Source: Syntrophorhabdaceae bacterium
GTDB lineage: Bacteria; Desulfobacterota; Syntrophorhabdia; Syntrophorhabdales; Syntrophorhabdaceae
Length of the DNA: 64,000 bases
Direction of reading: 5' to 3'
Assembly: GCA_963665295.1 (NCBI GenBank)
Contig: OY762209.1
Coordinates: 4,160,001-4,224,000 of the forward strand
How positions within the stretch are numbered: the stretch's first letter is position 1; the number at the start of each line of letters is the position of its first letter. Shown piece after piece: positions 49,077-56,913 of the stretch. The notes under the pieces were generated by a model. It was given only the letters and a program-made list of their open reading frames with translations, was not told the origin of the DNA and searched no databases. Made by a program: the position numbers and the translations under genes.

Positions 49077-50788
49077 TGCTCGAAATGAAGGAACAGAACG
49101 TTCATATCCCCTTTCCGTTCCTCGCGGATGCTGTCCGCATACTGCTGAATCATGTAGCCCGAGAGTCTCACCGCCGCCTGCACATCCCTCTTCAGTTCCT
49201 CCTTAGTAGGCCTGGAGGGCGACAGGAGAAGGGCCTGACCGCGGTATGATATGGCGACATCAAGTTTGAATTCATCGAATTCAACCTTCATCCTGATTGA
49301 GGTATCAGCCAAATCTATGAGAGACGCAGCCTCCAGGAATTCGTTCATGGCAGCTATGGCGTTACGGATCACCTCGGGGCGGGCCCCCCAGTTCCTTCCC
49401 TGATTCTCCATAAAATCGAAAATCTTGTCCGACGAATCAGTGCCCGCACCAAGATCCAGAACTGCCTGCTTCGAGATCCCTATCCTGAGGGCGAGGTTGA
49501 GAAGGATCGCGGTGACCGTTGCAAGGGAAAGGGATGAACTGAATATGGGTCTTATCCAGGGATGAACATTGAGATAGAGGTCGGGGACCATGTCCGCGCT
49601 CAGGCCGAAGATTATCGATGCCCCGACCACGAAGGTCTTGCGGGCATCCATCATTCTCGACATCATGATCTGAAATCCGGCAACGATCATGAAACTCACC
49701 GCAAAGATCAGCGTTGCCCCGATGACGGGTTTCGGCATTATAAGAAACACCTCCGCCAATTTGGGGAAGAACGCGAGGAGTATGAAAATACCGCCCGCAG
49801 CGAAGGCGATAATGCGGCTTGTGGCGCCTGTTGCCACGGAGAGACCCACATTCGAGGACGATGTAGATTGTCCATACCCTCCTATTATGCCGGGAATGAG
49901 CCCTCCCAGTCCGTCCGCCAGGATTCCTCGTGCTACCCGCTTCATGTCGGGTCGCTTCCACTCGCTGTCGTTGATCTTCTGGCACGTCACGAGGTCTCCC
50001 ACGGTCTTGAACGTAGAACAAAGTGTGGCTACTCCGAAGGGAATGATAAAGGAGAAATCAAAAGCCCATCCCACGTGGTTCAGTTGGGGAAACGCAAAGA
50101 CAGGAGCCTTCGATATCTTCTCCAGATCACTCCCCGTGAGAATACCGAGCAGGGCAGATGCCAGATATCCCGTTACCATTCCCACCAGGATACAGTAGAG
50201 CTTCATTTTCCCTTTGCTCCACACGCTGAGGATAATGATCACCAGGAAAGTGGTGAGCCCGACCATTATCTCCCTCGGGTGCAGAGAAGAACTGCCTGCC
50301 TCGTAGCCAAAGAAGTTCTTCACCGAAATGGGGATGACCACGATACCCACCATGGCCACCACAACCCCCGTCACCTCGCTCGGGAAGAGGACCCTGAGCC
50401 TGTGCATAACCCTGGAAAAAAGACACTCGATTATCCCCGCCACAGCGGTCATGCCGAAGAGAAGAGGGAGGCCGCCCGCCGCTACGGCAACCTTGGAGGC
50501 ATCGAAGTACGAGGGGCCGCACACCGACGGGCAGAGGAACCCTGAACCCAAGGGACCCTTCTTAAAGGCCTGTATCACCGTAGCCAATCCCCCGGCGATC
50601 ATGGACAGGCTTATGAAACTCCTCGCCGTCTCGGGCGTTATTGAGCTGCCCAGTTGACGGACAATGAGGACAGGAAAGATGATTGCAATGAAGAGTATAA
50701 ACACGTGCTGGAGCCCCAGCACAATAGTCGTAAAAAGGGGAGGCCTGTCATCTACGCCGTAGATCAGGTTTGTCGGTCTCTTGCCCAT
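49073..50788 (-). CDS. NCS2 (xanthine/uracil permease) family transporter with about 130-aa cytoplasmic C-terminal extension
   Basis: LIYGVDDRPP, LGLQH, FPSEVTG, GILADG, NVG...TG..SR, PKLA...MPKPVIG. ATG 50788 follows GGAG. Confidence 0.9.
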   Translation of the reverse strand: MGKRPTNLIYGVDDRPPLFTTIVLGLQHVFILFIAIIFPVLIVRQLGSSITPETARSFISLSMIAGGLATVIQAFKKGPLGSGFLCPSVCGPSYFDASKVAVAAGGLPLLFGMTAVAGIIECLFSRVMHRLRVLFPSEVTGVVVAMVGIVVIPISVKNFFGYEAGSSSLHPREIMVGLTTFLVIIILSVWSKGKMKLYCILVGMVTGYLASALLGILTGSDLEKISKAPVFAFPQLNHVGWAFDFSFIIPFGVATLCSTFKTVGDLVTCQKINDSEWKRPDMKRVARGILADGLGGLIPGIIGGYGQSTSSSNVGLSVATGATSRIIAFAAGGIFILLAFFPKLAEVFLIMPKPVIGATLIFAVSFMIVAGFQIMMSRMMDARKTFVVGASIIFGLSADMVPDLYLNVHPWIRPIFSSSLSLATVTAILLNLALRIGISKQAVLDLGAGTDSSDKIFDFMENQGRNWGARPEVIRNAIAAMNEFLEAASLIDLADTSIRMKVEFDEFKLDVAISYRGQALLLSPSRPTKEELKRDVQAAVRLSGYMIQQYADSIREERKGDMNVLFLHFEH

Positions 50789-50847
50789 GGAGTATTTCTC
50801 CACTACTCTTATCACTATACAGAATCTTTGTCAATCAGCTTCGGGCA

Positions 50848-52639
50848 CCATAATCCACCACCCCTCTCGCCCTTACCGCTGCTTTGCCCTCCATCCGAGC
50901 CGTCTTTCCCCACCACCCTTTAAATCGGAATCAAATATGAACCCTTCGTTCCGTTTCGTCTATCCAGACATGGCACACGCCTCTCTGACGGGTAAGATTT
51001 GGGCACACCCCTCCTTTCGCCGTCTCGTTCCACAAAGAGTCTCTTCCCCGCTTCTCATCATCTATCCCGAAAGTACAAGCTCCATGATGCGTTGCCGTGC
51101 TGCGAACAATAATTCCAGGGAGGGGTGTTCTCTCGATATGCGGATCACAAGTTCCCTCGCGTGGGTCATGACCCTTCCCGGCAGGTTGATGAGGGAAAAG
51201 CGGATCGCCTTCATTCTCCTGGTGGCCCATGATCCTTTCAGCACCAGACGTTTCAATGCCGAATTGATATTAAAGGCGAGGACCATTATCCACCACCAGG
51301 CGGCATTCTCTCCGAACTTACCCGTTGGGAGTCTTCCCCCGGCAAGGTCCTCTTTCATGATAGAGTGGGCCTCCTCCGATTTCCCTGCCCGTTTATAATG
51401 CCACCGTATCAGTTCATCTCCTTCCATATCCCTGTTTGTGACGATGCCGAATATCCTGTAGCGCTTTTGTGTCATCATCATCGTAGGGAATGAGAGTTGC
51501 CCTTCCATGCCGGGAAGGATATCCTGTTTTAAAAGCTCACGGGTAGCGAAGTAGCGGTATTCCGGATCCTTTTTGCTGTGGCCGACCGCATTGGGTACGT
51601 AGCAGACTTCGGTCCACTCCCTTCCCGTCTCCTTTCCTTCTTTATAGAGAGGTCTCCACTCTTCTGCCTGGGCCACTGCCTTTTTGAACTCAGAGGTCAC
51701 ATCGGCGCCTATGGCAAACTCGATCCTGCCGAAGCGTGTATTTTCGCCATTCTCGCAGTACTTCAGGAGGTCGTGTTGATACCCTGCGGTATCGGAACGG
51801 AGATAGACCTTCTCTACACCGGGAGGAAGCTTTGAGAGGGCTTCCTTGAATACTCTTAACTGTTCATGTCCCGCAGGGACATTGCCGTCCCTGAACTCGG
51901 TATGAAGAATCAACTCCTGTTCCGCCCACCAGGTATTGAACGGTTGATAGGCCTTATGGTGTTTATAACTGAAGAGGGCGCTTCTCTTCAACGTCTCTAT
52001 CAGGGTTGCATCCATATCGAGGGTCGCGACCTTTGGGGAGGCGGACTTCACTATGGAGCAGATGAAATCCCGGTGTACCTTCATGAGGTTCATAAGATGC
52101 TCGTTCGGGGCGGGAATGAAGGCCTTCCCCTTTTCCCTCTTCTTCTCCTCCCGCGCATCATGGAAGGCGGAGAGATACCGGAATATCGGGGAAGGGGAAG
52201 GGAACGTGCGTTGCCGCTCCCGGGCTTTCCGTTCCTTGCGGGTAAGCCCTTTCTGTTCTATTCGCCGCACGACTCTGCACAGCCCCTCATCCTTTTCAAG
52301 GATAGTTACATCGTCTACGCTGTCTCCTCCGGCAAGGTTCAGAAGAATGAGGGTGAGGATTATCTGCGTGTCTGTCCAGCCTTCACTCTTTATATGCATG
52401 TGAGCACCGATCGAACCGGCGAGGCCCAAGGCCGATGCAAGGTCGAGGTAGAGGGGGAGCCCTGCGAGGGAGGTCATGCCTGTTTCTCTTTTCTCTTCTT
52501 CATACTTGTACGGAAGGAGGCCCTGTGGCATAATTGATTCACCTCGTTGGTGATGGAATTTGGTGTGGTGACTACATTCTATCATCCCTATTCGTAGGGG
52601 CCAACGGGGTTTTTGATTATTTTTGGTGGGGGATTAAGG
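50848..52639 (-). mobile_element. IS1380-family insertion sequence (1792 bp)
   Basis: Imperfect 15-bp TIRs CCATAATCCACCACC (50848-50862) and reverse complement CCTTAATCCCCCACC (52625-52639), 13/15 identical. GGCA direct repeats at 50844-50847 and 52640-52643. Single transposase. Confidence 0.88.
51062..52531 (-). CDS. IS1380-family DDE transposase
   Basis: TSLAGL, LDMDAT, EFRDGN, LRSDTAGY, VTN, Y.RAGKSEEAHSIMKEDL, FGENAAW, MKAIRFSLINLPG; RBS GAGGTG. Confidence 0.9.
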   Translation of the reverse strand: MPQGLLPYKYEEEKRETGMTSLAGLPLYLDLASALGLAGSIGAHMHIKSEGWTDTQIILTLILLNLAGGDSVDDVTILEKDEGLCRVVRRIEQKGLTRKERKARERQRTFPSPSPIFRYLSAFHDAREEKKREKGKAFIPAPNEHLMNLMKVHRDFICSIVKSASPKVATLDMDATLIETLKRSALFSYKHHKAYQPFNTWWAEQELILHTEFRDGNVPAGHEQLRVFKEALSKLPPGVEKVYLRSDTAGYQHDLLKYCENGENTRFGRIEFAIGADVTSEFKKAVAQAEEWRPLYKEGKETGREWTEVCYVPNAVGHSKKDPEYRYFATRELLKQDILPGMEGQLSFPTMMMTQKRYRIFGIVTNRDMEGDELIRWHYKRAGKSEEAHSIMKEDLAGGRLPTGKFGENAAWWWIMVLAFNINSALKRLVLKGSWATRRMKAIRFSLINLPGRVMTHARELVIRISREHPSLELLFAARQRIMELVLSG

Positions 52640-52656
52640 GGCAAGCAAGGGCTCGC

Positions 52657-52685
52657 TTGACACGGGGCGGATGGAGTGCCACAAT
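52657..52685 (+). promoter_or_regulatory. Sigma70-type promoter upstream of the PP2C gene
   Basis: TTGACA-N17-CACAAT with extended TG. Confidence 0.55.
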
Positions 52686-52835
52686 GGTCAAAAGGCCCCC
52701 CTGCCCTGCATGCAAGTCCCCGGGGACACAACTACCGGGAGACAAAGGCGGGGGTTATTACCGCAGTTATAGTGGTTACATTATCCTTAAGGCACGATTA
52801 CCGCCAGGCGCTTCAGGTCGGAGGGCAGACGGCAC

Positions 52836-53687
52836 ATGAACATCGTTGCGGGCATCAGCGAAGATATCGGAATGCGGAGCGCAATGGAGGACGAGCACGC
52901 CATCTATGAGAGGCCCGACCTGTCCTTTTTCAGCGCCGAGGTGTACGACGGCCACCTGGGAATAGAAGCAGCGCGGCTCGCCTCGGAGATGCTCACCCCG
53001 CATTTTCTCAACGCCTTGTCCACTGAATCGGAAAAACGGGCGTACGACCGGGTCCCCGTGGAAGAGATGCTGCGGGAGGCCTTCGTCGCGATCGACAATT
53101 ACATCGTATACCAACGTATCAGAAGCGGGGCCGCCGCCGCGCTCCTTTATATCATGGGAGACCGGTTCCTGGCCGCCAACGCGGGCGACTCACGGGTTGT
53201 CATGGGCACGGAATCGGGCGTCATGCCCCTCACTCTCGATCATAAGCCCGATATTCCTGAGGAAAGGGCGCGGATAGAAGCGCTCGGCGGAAAGGTCACG
53301 CGGATCGGGGTCCCCCGGGTCATGGGTCTCCTTGCCATGAGCCGTGCCCTTGGGGACGCGGAACTCAAACCCCTGGTCACCTGCGAACCCCGGATAACTG
53401 CAGGTCTTCTCGGGCGGGAAAATGATTATGCGGTGGTGGCCTGCGACGGGGTGTGGGATGTCCTCAGCCCGGAAGCCGTGATGGATATCGTCCGCCATTC
53501 GGGAAATGTCCAAAAAGGGGCCGATGCGGTAAGAGATGCCGCTAGGCAGCAGGGAAGCTCCGACAATGTCACCGTCATCGTTCTCGACCTCACCCGCCAT
53601 ACCCGCCTGTGCAGCCGTGGATGGATGGAGATATCCCTTGTCTTTGACAAGGGACTAACCCTCTTGAACCGGGACGCCGCTCATTAG
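52836..53687 (+). CDS. PP2C/PPM family Ser/Thr phosphatase
   Basis: R..MEDEH, VYDGHLG, ANAGDSR, DHKP, SRALGD, ACDGVWD, SDNVT. Confidence 0.92.
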   Translation: MNIVAGISEDIGMRSAMEDEHAIYERPDLSFFSAEVYDGHLGIEAARLASEMLTPHFLNALSTESEKRAYDRVPVEEMLREAFVAIDNYIVYQRIRSGAAAALLYIMGDRFLAANAGDSRVVMGTESGVMPLTLDHKPDIPEERARIEALGGKVTRIGVPRVMGLLAMSRALGDAELKPLVTCEPRITAGLLGRENDYAVVACDGVWDVLSPEAVMDIVRHSGNVQKGADAVRDAARQQGSSDNVTVIVLDLTRHTRLCSRGWMEISLVFDKGLTLLNRDAAH

Positions 53688-53732
53688 CGGAATCCTTACT
53701 CCAACCCGCCTGACTGTGGTATTACATATACT

Positions 53733-54200
53733 ATGCCCCGCTTCGTAGTCCACGAACACCATTCAAAGAGGCTTCACTATGATTTCAGACTGGAGATGGA
53801 CGGCGTCCTGAAATCGTGGGCCGTACCTAAGGGCCCCTCCCTTTCCCCGGCCGACAAGAGGCTGGCCGTTATGGTGGAAGACCACCCCCTGGAATACGGG
53901 GATTTCGAAGGTGTGATACCCGATGGGTATTATGGCGCTGGTCCGGTGTTAATCTGGGATTGCGGAGATTACACCCTTGTGATGGCGGATTTCTCCAGGG
54001 GACGGGTGGAGTTCTTTCTGGAAGGGAAGAAGCTCCGGGGGACCTTCGTGCTAACGCGGTTCAAGGGTAAAGAAAGGGATTGGCTCCTCATCAAAAAGAA
54101 CGACGAATTTGCGCGGAGAGACTTCCGGATCATCCCCGAATTAACTCCTCACAAGAGTGATACCCTCGAAGAGCGGGTCCCTCCCTGTAATGCGGATTAG
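53733..54200 (+). CDS. Stand-alone LigD 3'-phosphoesterase domain protein
   Basis: FVVHEH...LHYDFRLE..GVLKSWAVPKGPS...KRLAV.VEDHPLEY..FEG.IP.G.YGAG.V.IWD.G.Y. Confidence 0.92.
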   Translation: MPRFVVHEHHSKRLHYDFRLEMDGVLKSWAVPKGPSLSPADKRLAVMVEDHPLEYGDFEGVIPDGYYGAGPVLIWDCGDYTLVMADFSRGRVEFFLEGKKLRGTFVLTRFKGKERDWLLIKKNDEFARRDFRIIPELTPHKSDTLEERVPPCNAD

Positions 54201-54201
54201 A

Positions 54202-55092
54202 ATGAATACCACCACGACCATCTTTCAAACACGCCTCCGGGCCTTCGTTCCGGGCCTTGCCGTCTCTGTCCTTCTTGCCTTCCTTCATATGCCTGTATAC
54301 GGGTCGACACTATGGGGCGCCGCGGGAAGCCGCGTGGACGGCGGTGGAATCCTCGTCGGAAAGAACTACGATGCCGTTTCAGGATCCTGCGAGCTTCGCA
54401 TGGTAATCCCCAGACAGGGTTTTTCCTACTTCGGTCTCTTTCCCGTTCCCGGCAGGAAAGGACAGGGACCCATGGCGGGCGTCAACGAAAAGGGTCTGGC
54501 CATTGTGACAGCCTCTCCCGACAGTCTGGCTCCACCGGCCAGGGGCAAACCTCCGGGGGAACTCATCATGGAACAACTCCTCACAGGTTTTGACACGGTG
54601 GATGGGCTCCTTTCGGCCGAAAAAATCCTTGAAGACGGCCCCTCCCTGTTCTATGTCGTTGCCGACAGGTCAAAGATCGCATTGGTCGAGACCGCCCCTC
54701 GGGGCGCAAGGGCCGTCAGAACCATCGATAAGGGTGTATTATTTCACACCAATCATTATATTGATGAGGCCCTCCTTCCATCGAACAAAAGGCCGCACAA
54801 AAACAGTCAGATGAGGTTTGACCATATAGGCCTCGTTCTCAATGGTCTGCCCGGGCCCCTCACCATGGATGACTTTATCCGAATCAGCGAGGATAAAGGC
54901 GCACAACCCGGAGAGAGCATCATAAGACCGCCCGGTCCACCCGGTGCCACCCGAACCCTCGCAACATGGATACTGTTTCTCCCCAAGTCGGGGCCTCCCG
55001 AACTGCATGCCCTGTTTCTCGGGCCGGAGGAAGTCATGAAGGAGTATGACTCCAGGCTCGATCAGTCCTTCTGGACAGAAGGACTGGAATAG
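54202..55092 (+). CDS. Exported Ntn-hydrolase (peptidase C45/acyl-CoA:6-APA acyltransferase-like)
   Basis: Signal peptide, then STLW...ILVGKNYD, AGVNEKGL, YVVAD, FHTNHY, S..R. Confidence 0.75.
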   Translation: MNTTTTIFQTRLRAFVPGLAVSVLLAFLHMPVYGSTLWGAAGSRVDGGGILVGKNYDAVSGSCELRMVIPRQGFSYFGLFPVPGRKGQGPMAGVNEKGLAIVTASPDSLAPPARGKPPGELIMEQLLTGFDTVDGLLSAEKILEDGPSLFYVVADRSKIALVETAPRGARAVRTIDKGVLFHTNHYIDEALLPSNKRPHKNSQMRFDHIGLVLNGLPGPLTMDDFIRISEDKGAQPGESIIRPPGPPGATRTLATWILFLPKSGPPELHALFLGPEEVMKEYDSRLDQSFWTEGLE

Positions 55093-55251
55093 GAGCATCC
55101 CTCCCCCGCTATCATCAAAACCCGCCCTGCCGGGGCAAAATCCCGCGGACATGGCGCAGTTAAATGATACATCACCGGTTTGTTTCGTGCTATAATACCA
55201 CGCAGGTTGTGAAGCGCACACGGACAGCCACTCATAACATGGAAGAATAAC

Positions 55252-56331
55252 ATGGACGAGATAGTCAACTCTATTCACGATCCCGGCAAACTTGAGGAAG
55301 CGGAGGACAGGTATCTCCGACTGACAAGGGAGCAGCGGAAGGGACTCATTCTGGCCCTCAAGGCAGAAAGGAATGAATCCGCGGGCAGATTTCTCGTTGC
55401 CATACTCCCCGGCGAGGGAGATAAGGAGATTCACAAACTCATCAGAAAACTGATCTTCAGGCTGAAAACCATGGGCGTAATGGTCGAGGAACCCCCGGCA
55501 GCAGGAGAGCCCGTTTTGAAGAAAGTGGAAGAAGCGAGGGAACACCGGGGCTTCATGTCGAATTACGACGCCGACGGCTCGCGCATCGTGATCGCTGCCT
55601 TTGAGGTAAAGAAGCACAACTTTATCTTCGTGAAGGCCATGACACACCTGTCCGACGGTCTCACGGACCTGGAACTGGCCCCCATGACCCGGCAGGACTT
55701 CAACACCATCATCGCAGATTATGTGAGTAAGACAACCGCCAGGATCGCCTTTGTCGAGATCTCACCCCGGTATGCAGCCTATCTGATCGAGGAAGGGGAC
55801 AGCCGTTACCACCACTTCAGGGAAGATGTAAAACACCTGACGCAATTTGCGTCCTCTCTGAAGAGTGAGGTCGAGAAACCGGAGGATATATACAATCTCG
55901 CGATTCCCGATGGGGTCGAGCCTCTGCCCGAGGCCGAAATCCTCACAAGTTCCGTATTCGCCCTCTTCAACCTTGAATGGGATACAGCGGACAAAGATAA
56001 GGAAGCTTTTGCCGCTCTGGGCGCATCGACAATCCTTGTGCCGCCGCACATACTTGAGGACAAGAAAAAGACATTTGTAAAAACCCTTCTCGAAACAAGA
56101 CCGTTGAAATCCATGCTCCTCTTTATGAAGAGAACACTCGAGGATTACGCGTATATCTTCTTCCGTACCGAACAGTTCGACTCCTTCAAGGGGTTGATCG
56201 AACTATTGAGGAGTGACGAAGGTCCATACCGCGCCCTCTTCTTCTTTGTGTGGAGAACCCTTGAAGCAGGCGAAAAGGCGCCTGAACAGCCCGGCGTGAT
56301 CGTGAATCCCTATGAGCAAATTCGTCGTTAA
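55252..56331 (+). CDS. Hypothetical alpha-helical protein, overlapping rlmE
   Basis: 359-aa ORF with genuine-looking composition; 20-nt overlap with rlmE; no motif recognised. Confidence 0.7.
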   Translation: MDEIVNSIHDPGKLEEAEDRYLRLTREQRKGLILALKAERNESAGRFLVAILPGEGDKEIHKLIRKLIFRLKTMGVMVEEPPAAGEPVLKKVEEAREHRGFMSNYDADGSRIVIAAFEVKKHNFIFVKAMTHLSDGLTDLELAPMTRQDFNTIIADYVSKTTARIAFVEISPRYAAYLIEEGDSRYHHFREDVKHLTQFASSLKSEVEKPEDIYNLAIPDGVEPLPEAEILTSSVFALFNLEWDTADKDKEAFAALGASTILVPPHILEDKKKTFVKTLLETRPLKSMLLFMKRTLEDYAYIFFRTEQFDSFKGLIELLRSDEGPYRALFFFVWRTLEAGEKAPEQPGVIVNPYEQIRR

Positions 56332-56905
56332 GGACACATTTTACAATAAGGCCAAGCAGGACGGGTATCGGGCGAGAAGTGTTTACAAGCTGAAGGAGGC
56401 CCAGGAAAAATTCGGCCTCATCAGGAAAGGTGACCGGGTACTCGATCTCGGGTGTGCCCCGGGAAGCTTCCTCCAGATGATAGCCACCCTGGTAGGCGAC
56501 CATGGCAGGGTCACAGGCATCGACATCCTTCCGGTTCCGCCTTTGCCTGCGAAAAATATTACTGTATTGACCCTCGATATCCGGGAGACGGACGTGAGGA
56601 CACTCCTGGGAGAACAATCCATCGACCGTGTCGATGTCGTTACCTGCGACATTGCCCCCAACCTTTCAGGCATAAGGGAAGCTGACGAGAAAAACGTGAA
56701 CGAGCTCTTCGATGCAGTCCTGAACGTGGTGCGGGACGGCCTGAAAACGGGCGGTAATTTCCTCATTAAATCATTCTTTTCCGAATCCTTCAAACAGACC
56801 GACAAGGCTTTGAAGGGACTGTTCAAGAAGGTTTCAGTCTTCAAACCCGCCGCATCGAGAAGCGTCAGCTCGGAAATCTACTTCATCTGCCTCGGAAAGA
56901 AATAG
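56312..56905 (+). CDS. rlmE: 23S rRNA Um2552 2'-O-methyltransferase (RlmE/FtsJ)
   Basis: AKQDGYRARSVYKL, LDLGCAPGS, DIAPNLSG, K, KPAASR..SSEIY. Confidence 0.95.
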   Translation: MSKFVVKDTFYNKAKQDGYRARSVYKLKEAQEKFGLIRKGDRVLDLGCAPGSFLQMIATLVGDHGRVTGIDILPVPPLPAKNITVLTLDIRETDVRTLLGEQSIDRVDVVTCDIAPNLSGIREADEKNVNELFDAVLNVVRDGLKTGGNFLIKSFFSESFKQTDKALKGLFKKVSVFKPAASRSVSSEIYFICLGKK

Positions 56906-56913
56906 GGACCGCG

